NCBI GenBank assembly: GCA_009602725.1
Contig: WELB01000023.1
Span: 669,331-730,070, forward strand
Direction of reading: 5' to 3'
DNA: 60,740 nt
Source: Spirogloea muscicola
Lineage: Eukaryota
The position numbers and the translations under genes were made by a program. Positions 43,820-57,019 of the stretch are shown one piece after another. The notes beneath the pieces are model-generated. The model did no database searches, was not told the DNA's origin, and worked only from the letters and a program-made list of their open reading frames with translations. Each line of letters starts with the position of its first letter. The first letter of the stretch is position 1.

Positions 43820-44210
43820 AGTACAGCGGGCAGGCTACAGGTTGCCAAAGGCCGCCTCGCTTTCAATCGCTCTTCTTGACCGCACTAAATTATTAAGGCA
43901 AATCTGGGTGGTTAGTAGAAGCTCCAAGGTTGAGGTTCTTTTTGCGCAGAAGGATGCGAAGGTGCATCCTGCATTTCTATTTCATGTATCAAGGGAAATC
44001 GTGATAGTCAGCACCAGAGCCTGTTGGAGCCCACTGCAAGGGCTCAGAATGCGGATGCACGGCTGACGTAAGCTGGTCAGCTGGACGAACTTGGACCGTG
44101 GTTAAAGCAACCTGCGGTGACCTGCTTCATTGTGTGTGTATTGATGGGTCCTCTATCGCATCTGGCACCCAACTAGAGTACGCTATAAATACTCGACTTG
44201 CGTCTCATTA

Positions 44211-44945
44211 GAGAGCAAAGTATGCCAGCTCAAGAGTGCACTGTCGGGGCTAACACAGGTCCCTAAGGCTTGGTAAAGGCTCACACAGACACTTCCCTGT
44301 GACTTCACTGTGTGTTTTTCTTCGTGACACCAACATTTGAGTGGTCTGAGTCTGATTACAATATATGAGGAAACAACCTGCCAAAGCGATCCTGGTCCTG
44401 TACGTAATTTTGTTGTCTTACTAGGAGACTCAGCGACGAATAAAAGAGTGAGCAAAGTGGTAGATGAAGGATCTTGGACTCTTGAAGTACTTCTTGAGGA
44501 GAGGTAGTGGCAGAAGGGTTGATAATTTGGGATGTCGAAGTATATTACTGCATTCTAGACAGGTGTGTTAAGCAAGACTGCAATTCTGTCTACACTCCAC
44601 TCCACAAGGTACAAACAAAGTTTGAGCAATGACGAGGGACTCGAGAGTATTCAAGACGGGCAACAGATGGCACAGGTGCCTAACAGGGAGGCAGTGGGAA
44701 GCTTGATGTATGTGGCTGTGACAGCACGCCCTGTATGTACTAGCAGCAGTGGGAGCGGTTGCTCAATCGTACAAGCTGGGAACATCGGCAAGCTGTGAAG
44801 AAAAGCATGAGATACTTGCAGAGAAGCTAAGTATCTCTGTTTGACGTTTAAACCAATGGGAGACGTTAACTGAACTAAGTGGTACCCTGCGATGCGGAAA
44901 AGCAGAAAATCTGCAGAACAGAAGATTGGTGTCTAGCTGGGGTCT
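44211..44945 (+). mobile_element. Degenerate Ty1/copia reverse transcriptase-RNase H remnant
   Basis: Successive copia motifs across frameshifts and stops: KVCQLKSALSGLTQVPKAW, MKDLGLLKYFL, FGMS, VPNREAVGSLMYVAVTARP, EHRQAVKKSMRYL, GY.CDA. Confidence 0.85.
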
Positions 44946-45900
44946 GCCTGATTCCCAGTGTGCAGTGGGAGTGATGCACTTATACATATGGTGGACCAGC
45001 GAATTGGGTTGGGGAACCGTCTGTCTCAGCCCAGTGGGCCACAGGAGCGCTCCTGCGATATGAGCGCTCCGGCATTTGGCTTCTTCTAAATCTTTGGCAG
45101 CGCTGTTGCTCCCGTGAGCCCTAGCCATGGCTGCCACCCACCTTGGCGAAGGCGGAGTCTGTGCTAGTCTGGCCGCCATCTCCCGCCTTGGGCAGATCTG
45201 CATCTGTATTGCTGAGACGAGGGCGGTCTGCTGGCCCTTTCAAGAGGGGCAGATGTCCAGCTGTTGTAATGAACGGCAAGTGTGGAGCACAGCCAAGAGT
45301 AGAAACACCAAAAATTGCATGATCCTGAGGACCTTCTCTAACATATGTAGAATCTGTATATGATCTGAGAAAGGGCTTACTGAGCGCCACCGACCACTCA
45401 GAGCCAGCGACCAATCAGAGCCAGGGACAACACTGACAATGCACATATGAGACGATTGCACATCTCTGATGCACACACTTCTGAAGCAAGCAAATAGGTA
45501 AGCAGTGGCAGTGACGTGACAGTGGCAAGTGCAACCTCATCTGTGAACCTTATCCTTCTCAATGACATGTAAGCTGCTGGCTACAACTGGTTGGCAGCTT
45601 CTCAGCAGCTTTTGCTCTGCCAGAGGCTTGTTGATTTGATCGCAGCCATACAAGAATTTCCACCCAACTTAACCTACTTCTGGCTAAAGTATCCAACCCT
45701 CACTACTGGAGCTACTCTTGACTAAGTTTTGGCTGTGTCACATGCTGCAAAAATGCAAGATCATCTACAATACATGAACACAGTTCATCTACTCGTGCAA
45801 GACTGTTAGGTCCACTGACTTCCTCACGACTTCCTCACTTTGTTTAGGTATTTTTCGTCTTCACTCCACAAAAGACGTAATTGCTCATTCAGTAAATGCG

Positions 45901-47400
45901 TCAAGTAGACCTGTACCCAAAACCCTGTATGGCACTGCTGCCATCGCCCCTGCCGTTCTTCTTGTAAAGGTCATAGTTGAGGAGAGTTGCAAATGCCACC
46001 CATACGACATAGGGGAAGAAGAGGTTGCCCGCCCGCACACTCACTGAGCGGAAGCTTCTCCAGGTCAGGAGCACAAGTACCAGGAGAGCTGAGATATCTA
46101 TCAAAGCCTTGGCAATGTTCTGCATCCAATAGCGTAGCAGTCAACCCACGCTCAGTAAGTACCAATGAAATCAACGCAGCTGGTAAGATTGATTGCTCAA
46201 GAAGTGCAGCTTCTGATTGGCTTACAAAAACATCTGCATACTTGCATCTGCACGTACTTGCTCATTGAAGAAGAAGTAAGGCCACAGGAGATTGAGCACA
46301 AGCTGGACTGCATAGAGCAATAAAGGCCCCGACTGCACCATGTACACCAGGAAGCAATTATCATAATCAGCAGACCATGCACGTGTATATCCTAGAGGCG
46401 GGCTCTGAGAGCCAAAACATGCAACCAGTAATACAACTAAGTGAACTGTCAACTTTGGAGAAAGGCCATGAGAACAACATCGCACAACAATGGCTGGACT
46501 TTGGCAAGATTAGACTGCAAGTTTAAGATGAGAGCCAGCGCTGTCAAACCTGTGCCTCAATGCCTCCATGCCCAGCCACAAGCATAGCTGCGTAGCCCAT
46601 CAGTGGGTAGAGCACGGACCACGCCCCCCCAAAGATTGGGGCAGGGGGCTGCCACGAAGGTTTCCTCAAGTTCTCGGACCACTGGGTATTGGGGCTATTC
46701 TTGATACTGCTGATAAATCCCAGTATCAAAGGCAGGCCCACCCAGAATAGCAGGGCGGTAGTGGAGTTCCCAGCGGCAGGCCTGGCTGTTGCCGCCACAC
46801 ATTGGACCGGATTTTGCTCCTTGCGAAATCTGCCACATATGTAGGGCCGCATATGTAGGTTGTCAAACTTTGCACCCAAAGCAGTCGTGGACATGGTGAC
46901 GTCGATCAAATGCCATCAAACAACCATTATCTGATGTCTGGTGCGGATGCTGGATGACCTCGCAGCAATTGGATGTTCTGGTAAAGGTAAGGAAACTATC
47001 TAGCAACGGACACTGTCAAGCAGCAGAAATCCGCCCTGCAAAACTGGTACGTGCAACATACTACCACTTGTCGTAATTATCAGACACTAGCACTTATCAA
47101 AGAGCTGTGTGTGATATCAGCCGAAAAGACAGGGTCAAGGAGTGTCAGGAAGGGGACAAAAAGGTACCTTCCACTTGGCAACTTCTTTGCCTGCACAAGG
47201 TCAGAGCCTGCCGGTGACAGCTGGAAGCACAAGGCTTGCGGGTGGAGGAAGGAGCTGCGCAGAGACGAGGGTCGGAGGGGCCCCGAGCTGGCAGTCACGC
47301 CTACAGCCTGCCAAGAGAACCAGCAAGCCGAGTCACATCAGCTCACAAAGCTGGACACAGCGGCCGAGCGAGCGGCCAGGATGCCGGAAAGCGTGTCCAT
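45901..47400 (-). CDS. TSPO: TspO/MBR translocator protein with probable N-terminal transit peptide
   Basis: QWSENLRKPSWQPPAPIFGGAWSVLYPLMGYAA (exon ending 46550), LYAVQLVLNLLWPYFFF (~46332-46258), AGNLFFPYVVWVAFATLLN (46119-45901). The 5' exons and the ATG at 47400 are tentative. Confidence 0.88.
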
Positions 47401-48409
47401 GGTGGCCGTCAGGCAGAGCGGCTCGCCGGCAGGCCTGCTGCGACGAGCTCGGCGGGCCAGGGCAGCGTGCGCGAGCGAGGTCGCAGCGGGGGCTCACGCG
47501 GCGGCCGGCCAGGGAGCGGCGGGAGGTGGCGGCGGGGCGCGNNNNNNNNNNNNNNNNNNNNNNNNNNNNNNNNNNNNNNNNNNNNNNNNNNNNNNNNNNN
47601 NNNNNNNNNNNNNNNNNNNNNNNNNNNNNNNNNNNNNNNNNNNNNNNNNNNNNNNNNNNNNNNNNNNNNNNNNNNNNNNNNNNNNNNNNNNNNNNNNNNN
47701 NNNNNNNNNNNNNNNNNNNNNNNNNNNNNNNNNNNNNNNNNNNNNNNNNNNNNNNNNNNNNNNNNNNNNNNNNNNNNNNNNNNNNNNNNNNNNNNNNNNN
47801 NNNNNNNNNNNNNNNNNNNNNNNNNNNNNNNNNNNNNNNNNNNNNNNNNNNNNNNNNNNNNNNNNNNNNNNNNNNNNNNNNNNNNNNNNNNNNNNNNNNN
47901 NNNNNNNNNNNNNNNNNNNNNNNNNNNNNNNNNNNNNNNNNNNNNNNNNNNNNNNNNNNNNNNNNNNNNNNNNNNNNNNNNNNNNNNNNNNNNNNNNNNN
48001 NNNNNNNNNNNNNNNNNNNNNNNNNNNNNNNNNNNNNNNNNNNNNNNNNNNNNNNNNNNNNNNNNNNNNNNNNNNNNNNNNNNNNNNNNNNNNNNNNNNN
48101 NNNNNNNNNNNNNNNNNNNNNNNNNNNNNNNNNNNNNNNNNNNNNNNNNNNNNNNNNNNNNNNNNNNNNNNNNNNNNNNNNNNNNNNNNNNNNNNNNNNN
48201 NNNNNNNNNNNNNNNNNNNNNNNNNNNNNNNNNNNNNNNNNNNNNNNNNNNNNNNNNNNNNNNNNNNNNNNNNNNNNNNNNNNNNNNNNNNNNNNNNNNN
48301 NNNNNNNNNNNNNNNNNNNNNNNNNNNNNNNNNNNNNNNNNNNNNNNNNNNNNNNNNNNNNNNNNNNNNNNNNNNNNNNNNNNNNNNNNNNNNNNNNNNN
48401 NNNNNNNNN

Positions 48410-48691
48410 TATCGAATGCGCCTGGCCGTCTCGCTGCAGAGGTCCATGGCCCGGGCGCTGCACCTTCGTGCCGGCAGAGCCCTCGCTGCTGCCTCTGGCT
48501 CTGGCCAGGGGACCCACTTCCAGGAGCCCAGCATCTCTGATCTGCGGCTGCTTAGCAGGGGTTACTGAGTGTCTCGTAGCAGCTTTGTTTCTGTTACTTA
48601 GCGCTTCCCCTGGCCCCCTTCTCGTACTCTGTTCATTCTTTTTCGGGCTGGTTGTTCCAGCCCCTTTTCTCAATGGGCGAGCACTTTCTTC
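48410..48691 (+). mobile_element. CRE-like non-LTR retrotransposon 3' end (subfamily A) emerging from assembly gap
   Basis: YRMRLAVSLQRSMARALHLRAGRALAAASGSGQGTHFQEPSISDLRLLSRGY* (stop 48566-48568), with a UTR colinear with 2239-2445 ending gggcgagcactttctt. Confidence 0.85.
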
Positions 48692-50005
48692 AGGAGCTGG
48701 CGAACATCTTCATGTTGCACGCCCGACTGCCTACGAGAGAAGAAGCTCTTCCAAGAGTAGCTCTTCCAGACGGATAGAAGCATAAGGCGATGGCTGTGAG
48801 AGGCCAGCCCAATGGAATGGACAAGGTCAACGGGGACTGGCTTCGGCAGCAGTCACCGCTTCTCCCCTTCCCCACTGCGAGTACTTAGCTGGACGCTTAG
48901 CCCGTCTCCGCGCAGACAGCCTTCGTTTTGGCGGACACACGCAGAGTCCCTTATGTGGCAGAGACAGATCGGACTAGCACAGGCTCAGCCCGCACCCAGG
49001 GTGGGCAGCAACCACACCTACGGCCAGGAGCAGGCATGTTCGCCTCAAATTAGAATAAGCCCGAAATGCGGGCGTCTTGATTGACAGGGAACGCTCCCTC
49101 GGCCACTTGGCCGAGTTGGGTGGTACCCAGCCCAAGATGCTGATTCACAATATTGCCATTTCAATACCGAAGCCCTCCTTTAAGCCCATCTCCCCCTTTT
49201 CCGTGGTGCTATGCTTACCTTCTGTACTTGGCCGCTCTGGGGCCTTCCGTCACCCTCCACATGCAGTCTTTCACCTTGTAGACACGGCACTCTGTTGGCA
49301 CATGACGGCTCTCCCTGTCACTCGCCTCTCTTCTGTTCAACCACCTTCCTCTGCATGGCCAATGTCGCAGCACCCTCAGCGGCCAACTCTCCGTAGCTTG
49401 TTGGCCTTCGCTTCTTTCTCCATGGCTCCATCTGCATACCGAACCGTTACATAAGAGATCGGATCTGCTGTGATTTACTGTTGCCTCCCTGCCTACTGCA
49501 CTGGAGCCCCGTGACAAGACATGGCATGCTCTGGGCTACCATGCAATAGCTGCTGTAGTGTTGCAAAGCTGCACATCCGAAGAAACCAAATCAGGAATCA
49601 AGGGTTGCTCCACTACTCCATGTCTGAGTTGTCCACAGCAATTTTTAAGCAATTGGGGTGGGCCGTCCAGTAAATTGCACACTGCATAAACATCTGGACT
49701 GACTTCAAAGTCGTCATTGTGTGACGCCCTAAATTTATGAGACAAGCATGATATGACAAGTTAGCTACAAGCTATACCTGGGCCTGTACTTGCAGCAGGA
49801 ATTTGAACAGCATCAGGATGCAGTGAACTTGCACCCGTGCAAGCCACTTGACATACTCTGCGTTCACATTTGCATCATGTTGCCAAAAGAATGCAACATG
49901 TTGCATTCTTTGCAACCCTGCTATTCGCTACTTGAGGAGGCAATACTGCGTTAAGTCTGTAATTTGCCTGTTGACTCAAAGCTGGGCTTTTCATCCTCAT
50001 TACCA

Positions 50006-53000
50006 TTATCTTGGAGGCACTGGCAACTTCACAACAATCACGGTGACATCATCCCCTGTGCCTCTCTCTTGTGCCAAACTCACAAGCTTCTGTGACACCG
50101 TTTCAAGTGACACAGACTTTCCCCTGCACAAAGAAAATTGGAGGCCCATCTTTGCTCAGTGGACATAAGCCTTGCATTGCACTATGTTACATGACCACTT
50201 TGCCTGTAGGAAACGAGTACAACACAGACAGTTGCACAAGCAGCAAGACCCCTGCACCCCTGCAAGCGCTTACCAGTCAAGGGCTAGGTCAACAGCTTCT
50301 TGATTTGAGACCGTGTCCCAAAAACCATCAGTTGCAAGGATCAACAACTCCACATCTGCCCCACAGTTGCACACATGCAAGTATCTGTTCACTTGTGAGG
50401 GATACCAGCAGATGCATGCACCTCTGCAAGAATTCTCTCATTCCCAAAGGTAAACACACCATGAGCACAGGCAGCTCAGGAAAGAAGCTGCACCAGATCA
50501 GCGCCACTTTAATGCACAGCTCACTGCTCCCTGGAGATGACTGGGAGCATGAGAGGAATTTGGACTCACCATCAGTGACATCCTCTGCAACCACGGTTGG
50601 CTCAGCAGTCAAGCCAAAGCCTCCACTTGCCCCATCCTTTACCCCATCAGACCAGCTGCAGAAGCCAATAGCTCTCTAAGTTCTTCAGCTGAGAACCACT
50701 GATCTCGCCATCGAGCCCACAGGTACAAGCATCACAAGCTGCTAGATGCAGTAAGGAGAGCGAAAGGAAATTGGGCCTCACTCTTTCAAGTAAACATCAC
50801 CAAAAGCCCGTGAAAGAGCAAGCAAGCCTCCAACTCTCCACGTGCCATTCACATCCACAACCTGAATATGTGTTGGGCAAGAGATTGCCTCAGGCACAGT
50901 AATTCAAGCGTCGCATCGTGTCAGGAATGAAGCCAGTGCTGATGTACCTGATGTAGCATGGCAGTGCTGCATTACGTATGACCTTTGAAATACAAAACGC
51001 TTGACGGCTATAGGTGGTATAGAGCAGGCACCAATGGCTTTTTTGGAGTTGGGTTCTTAGCCTCAATCCGCTTCCTCTCAGCTTCCACATTCGGCTGGAA
51101 GCAATCAGATGCATTAGCTGCTGGCAATGGAGTATTGCATAAGATAGCTATACGAGCCAGAAAATACAAACAAGGTCCTTGTGCAGTGGCCAGTACAACA
51201 TCTTGTTGTGCTTGATAAAACTGCTAAAACTTCGAATGAGATGAAGGATGAAGGACCCGTTACAAGAAGAAGTCTCTACAGCAGTATTTAGTAGCTGCAA
51301 CATAGATGGACATACCTTGTGGTCAACTGTGAGCTGAATTGCTTGGCCCCTTCGTGACATGACTACACGAGAGTCTCCCACATTTGCTGCCACAAGCTGC
51401 TGTCTCCCCCCTGCAGACAAAATAGAATGTAGCAAACATTATGCAGTGCTGGCATCAGATGAACACTCTGAGGACTGCATGCAGTATGCCAGAAGTTTCT
51501 GTAGTGACAAGGAATAGCTAGCCAACGTGGAGAGCTGGCATGCATTCACTTTTTGCCAAATCAAGCACCTCCTCTCTGCATACCCTGTGGTGCAAGCAGT
51601 ACAGCGGTTGCTGCTGTAGCTCCACACTTGGAACCGCCAAGACCCCTTTCCCTCATACCTCCAAAGAATCCCTTGGGCTGCACCTGGTGCAGCATTGGAA
51701 ATAGGGAGAGATAAGACGACGCAACTAACTCAATCTCAAGCTCACAGAGGACATTTGACTCTCAGATGGTACAGAGCAGTGACATAGTATGCTGACCAGT
51801 GTCTTCTTATCAACCTCCAGAAAGGCATCGACAGTAGCGCGCATGGGTTCCAACCCTGCAATCAAGCCCAATCAGATCAGGTCAGCATCAAACTTCCTGA
51901 CTGCAGTACATGACAATCTATCATATATTCATCATTCTATGCCTCGTGGCTTCGCTTCCTGACCTTTGCCAAGCTCACCTGCAAGTTTCTGTTTGTATAC
52001 AGGCCAAAGTGCAGATTTCAAGAACCTGTGCATACAGGTGTCACCAATGAATGGAGAAATTGAGCCAGATGTCGCCCATGACAGTGAGGATCTTTTCTGT
52101 CAGTCCAGCATTCAAGCATGCTTGTGAAGGTGCACACACAAAGTCTAGTGCTCAAGCATGAGACCCCCTTTAAGAGATCTGCTTAAAGAAAATGCGTCTG
52201 AGAAGCTGTAATACAATTAGTGTAGCGATGTTAGGGCTCCAATATAGTGGAAGAAGGCAGGCGTGCCCTCTGCATTCTCATAGTGACAAAACTAAATCAG
52301 GGTAAAACTCCTGGCATGTGATCATGCACAAGTGAGGCAAGTCCAAGAACCTTACGCCGCAACCGCGTCCCCCCCGTGGCCATCAAAGACGCCAAAGAAG
52401 GAGGGGCCAGAGCCACTTGAGTCCACCTCGATGGCGTACATGTCCTCCATCAGTGGCCTCTCTGTGCCCTGGCAAGCTGCCGCTCCGTAGCTGTAAGTCA
52501 ATCTCCAAGACGCTTCAATCAGTCACCCAAATCACGACTGTGGGGCTTCTCTTGCCACCTGGCCTCCTGCTCGTGAGAGCTCCACAGGCCTTGCAGGAGG
52601 CCAAGCATGCGAAGCTCATCAAGTACAAGGCAACATGAGCTTGTAGTCTTCCATGGCCTGCAATGCAGGCAGACTGACGTGTGGCTCACCTCTCCTTGGT
52701 CATAAGAGCACAGGAGATCCCCGATGCACGCGCAGGCTGCTTCCGATGCAGACTTGTATCAACCCTCGTCAGATCTGCAGAGGCAAGCACAAAAGGATTG
52801 GACATCAGCTGCAACCTCCGACTAGCACAAATAAGAGAAAGTAAGCTCATCAGGTGTCTAGTAATTAACCTCGGCGCCTGCCTTCGCGACGGATATGCAT
52901 GCTTCTGTCGCCGAGCAGAGTGCATGATGGGAGGCGATCCGCGGTCGACGTCCACGCGCAGGGGACCTGAGCGCCAAAATGGCCAAAAATGGCCAAGCAG

Positions 53001-53282
53001 TTGCTGTCAGTGACGTGTCCCTTGGCTTAGCTCGACGTCGCGACGCAGCCTCCACGACGCAGGACCGGAGCTGTGGAGTCGAGAACTGGCAAGAGAGCGG
53101 CTCAGAGCGTCCTGCGAGGCCGCGGCACCGCTCTGCAGCCGGGCTGCTGGGCCGACCTGCAGCTGGCGCGGCTGGCGCGAGCTCGCGGCGCCGCCGGCCG
53201 CGCCCGGAGGCGGCGCGGNAAAAAAAAACCCGCCCGGAGGCGGCGAGGCGGCGGCGGCGGGCGGCGGCGCCATGGCCGCCAT
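50006..53282 (-). CDS. PP2C/PPM-family protein phosphatase, probably organelle-targeted
   Basis: Exons encode RPLMEDMY...FFGVFDGHGG (~52490-52356), GSKCGATAATAV, LVAANVGDSRVV..LTVDHK, WRVGGLLALSRAFGD, GLTAEP, LILATDGFWD..SNQEAV, GTGDDVTVIVV..PPR* (stop 50008-50006). The start at 53282/53273 is tentative. Confidence 0.92.
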
Positions 53283-53341
53283 GGCCAGGGAGGGACGGTG
53301 TGCGGGGTAAGACCAGCCTGGGCTGCGACTAGCCGAGCCTC

Positions 53342-53350
53342 AAACCCTAA
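53342..53350 (+). promoter_or_regulatory. Telo-box (AAACCCTAA) within a ~190-bp bidirectional promoter
   Basis: Located between the PP2C ATG (53282, -) and the NUMOD3-protein ATG (53474, +). Confidence 0.4.
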
Positions 53351-53473
53351 TCCCTAGACACCCCCTTGGCAATCCCCGGACCTCTCCCTTGGCGCCGGCC
53401 CCGCCTTCTCCGGCACCGAGAGCGGCGTCTGCGGCGGTGCGGCGTGGCTCTCGCGCCTGGACGACCGACGGAC

Positions 53474-53479
53474 ATGCTC

Positions 53480-53514
<35 letters not shown>

Positions 53515-56500
53515 CAGGTCAGCCCCGCTGCCTTGCGGCAGCGCCGGGCCGGCCTTGCCTTCCGGGGAGCGCCGCCGGCCGTGCGGCACAGCCGCGCTGA
53601 TTTGGCGCTCAGCGCCATGCGCGAGCTCCTGCCGCAGGCCGTCGGCGAGCTGTGGCGGTGCCGGGAGCTCTCTCTTTGCTCTCGCGCTGGCCGCACCTCC
53701 CCGCAGCTGCCAGGCGCTGCGGTCTACTGAGCTCGCCGTCCTCCCCGTCGGCCTGCGGCTCTGTCCGCCTGATCGTGAGCCCCTCGTCTCGCAGCGCAGA
53801 AGCTAAGTTTGATGCACCAGAGGCGGCCGCTACTGGCCATGCCTCTTGTGGCGGTGGCTGCACCTGCATGACTCCAAGCTGGGGTGCTAACCAGCAGGTC
53901 GTCAGAAGACACCACGGCGCTGGAGCATCAGGCAGAGCCTGCCGCCAGACGGAGCCGGGGAGAGCTCGAGGAGCGGTGGCCACGGAGACGAGGAACCGGC
54001 TGAAGCCTCCAATGGCAAAGGGCAGGCGGAGGCGGACGGGCTAGCCGGGAGCGCAGATGGGAGCCGGGAGCCGGGAGGGGCCTCGAGCCGGGAGGCGGAC
54101 GCCGAGGAGCTGCGGCGGGCGGCGGCCGCGGCGGGCCTGTCGGTGGAGGCCTTCGTCGCCCGCGAGCGCCGGCGGCGCGAGCGGATCAGCGCCGCCAACA
54201 AGGGCAAGACGCCGTGGAACAAGGGCATCCACCACTCAGAAGGTCCACCAAGGCCCTGCCCTCAAGGCACACGTTTTTGCACAGAGTTCGATGAGGTCCA
54301 GGAACATGGCTCGCAAGGTTTGCGTTGAGGTCCAGGAACATGGCTCGCAGAGTTTGCGAAGTTGCTTGTTTCTGCCCAGTTGCTGAGCAGCGTGTGTTGA
54401 AAGAGCTCACCAGGAAGTTTAAGTTGCAGAAACCAAAGCGAAGATCAGGGAGAGGACCAAGCTGGCTATGAGCAATCCCGAGGTAAGCAGCAGCACCATA
54501 GAAGGTCAATAACATCGCTCGAAATTCAGCAGGCAGTCTATCAGAAAGATACAGACTGTAGCTTGCTGTGCAGCCAGAAACGGATGCGTATGCTGTACCT
54601 TTAGACTCGGTGCACTGCATATGTGTGGTTCATAAGTTCAGCCACCAGGCAGAGCAATTGAGCCACTGGTGTTGTTTGGCCAGATTCGAAGGAAGCTTGT
54701 GGTAGTCGGCCACTCTCAAAGGCAAGTCTATCAGAAAGCACTAGAATGGTGGATATGCTTAGACTTCACATGACTTCACTTGATCGCCCTAGCCTGATTT
54801 CAGCCCTACGCCTAAGTTGTGATATTAGGTGACATTGCTTCCCGGTCGATTGCTGCGTACCTGGTTGTTGGCGTTAGCACGAGGTGCACACTGGTGATTC
54901 AGGGTGTAGTTAATCAGGACTTGCTCTGGCATGAGTGCAAAGCAGCTGGCTTGATTTAAGCAGCTGCATTGATGCCACTTGCTTTGGTGCTTCAGTGAGG
55001 AAACACGCGACAAGATTAAGCAGACAATGCGGCGCGTGTGGGAGCTCAAGAAGCGGGCTATCGCTGACAAGAATGCGCTCCTCGCGGAGTGGAAAGAGCA
55101 CGTAGCGCTGGCTGCGAAAATTGGAGGAGCAGGCGATGAAGAGCTGGAGTGGCCTGTGAGCCGGAGCAGCCTCAGAGGCGCACGGAAGGGTGCTGCATGG
55201 GAGGAGGTGGAGCAGCTCCCAGAGAAGGAGACCCCTACAAAAGCCCCCTCCGGCCGTGCTGCCAAGAGGGGCCCGCGGACGTTGGAGCACCGCCTGCGCA
55301 TTTCTGAAGCCATCAAGGCCAAGTGGGCCAACGCTGTATGCACCTGCTAGAGCCTGGAGGCTTCCCTCATCAGCGCTCAAGTAGAGGAAGACGTGCACAA
55401 TGTACAGTCAGAGAATGATAGCTGATCATATTCACATGCCGTGCTTCTGGGCATTGCCAGGGTTGTGAGCAAGATTGACACTGCCTGCAACGTCCTTGCT
55501 GTGCTGCCGCTGCAGGACTACAGAGATAAAGTCCAGGGCCGCATGAGGACCGGCAGCCCTAGGTTGCGTCCTGTCACAAGCAGTACACCAATCCCTGTCA
55601 AGCTCTCAGGGAACGCGGCCAAGGACAGATTTGTTTCGGACGTCATGTCAGGCGAGAATATTCAGACTGTTAAGGAGGCCAAAGCCCAAAACCAGAGGGC
55701 TGGCACAAATTTGAAGACCTCAAGACTCGCTGTATCAGATTCAGTGACGGCGCCATCATGTCAGCCTGCAGATGTGCTTGAAGTGGATGACATGGACAGG
55801 CATAAGAGGAGGCCGAGTGCAGGTGATGGGGTGCCAGAGAGCACTCTTCATGCTGCAGAGAGCGCTCTTTGTGCTGCAGAGAGCAGCATAGAGAGGGCGG
55901 CCAGCTTCATCGACCCCTTCTTCAATGAGAAGCTGAGCAGGATTAAGACGATGCAGGAGGAGCGCGCTTCGGCCAGTCAGCAGAGGTGGCAGATGGCCGA
56001 GACAGCCAGGTATGTCCTGCTTCAAGCAACCCTTTTGGAACTCGACCTGGAGACAGGGGCTCACTGTCCATGAGCATGCTCATTCATGGATGAGGCTGTG
56101 ATCAACAACAATGGATGTGCTTGATGGTCGTGTAGTGAGAAGGCACTGTCGTCCTCTTTACTGCATGTTTGCTCCGTTGCGATGTTGCTTAACCCCTCAC
56201 TAGCCTCTCCTGGACATCCTGAAGTACGTCTGCAGCCGCGACGCATCTGAATGTCGTCAGGGTATAATTCAACGCCACATTGAGGTGCTGACAGGCGCTT
56301 TTCATTTGTGTACCAGGATGCTGATGGCAGAAGCAGAGCGAGCTGCGTCGGCACTGGAGTCGAGTGCAAGCATGGACGAGGCGACACGGGCGTCACTGCT
56401 GGAGACCCGCCGTTTGCTTGCAGAAGCGGCGTCAGCTGTTGAGCAGGCGGAGGCCATGCCGCCTGATCATTCCATGCGCTCGGACCAGCCCGAAGGCAGA

Positions 56501-57019
56501 AGGGGTGAGGATCCAAGCTCCGACTGGTCTGACATTGATGGAGGCAACACACTGGGAGACTCACGGCCAACACCAACTGCCCTTGTGGCCTCAGTACCCC
56601 CCCACATCGATGCTGACCAAGACCGCGGCAGCAGCTCCTTCAACGTTCCCACAACGCCTACCTGGAGCTTCCCACCGCTGCACGACCTCTGCGAAGGCGC
56701 CCTGCAGTTGCCCAATGGGAATGGGCACGCCATTGGCTTCTCTGTGGGGTCGTGGCCGGAACTGGACGAGGAGCAGTCGCGGGGCTGGGCATCCTTTGAC
56801 CTTGGCGAGCTTCAGCACCAGTGGAGTATCGAAGAGGCCACCCCTAGTACGATGCGCACAGGATGCAAGCCCTGCCCAGCTGCGGAAGGTGCGGGACAGC
56901 CTCATATCGATACCCTTGACGAACCTGGTGGCTCCGCCGAGCAGGTGTCAATGGCGGCGCAGAGGCACTGGCACAAGGGACGCCTGGTGATCAATGCGGA
57001 GCCGCTGGATGCTTCCTGA
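53474..57019 (+). CDS. Plant-type NUMOD3 (nuclease-associated modular domain 3) motif protein
   Basis: RERRRRERISAANKGKTPWNKGIHHSE|ETKAKIRERTKLAMSNPE|IRRKL..GHSQ|SEETRDKIKQTM...EEL.W...RTLEHRLRISEAIKAKWAN; C-terminal HWHKGRLV. First-exon boundaries are tentative. Confidence 0.85.
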
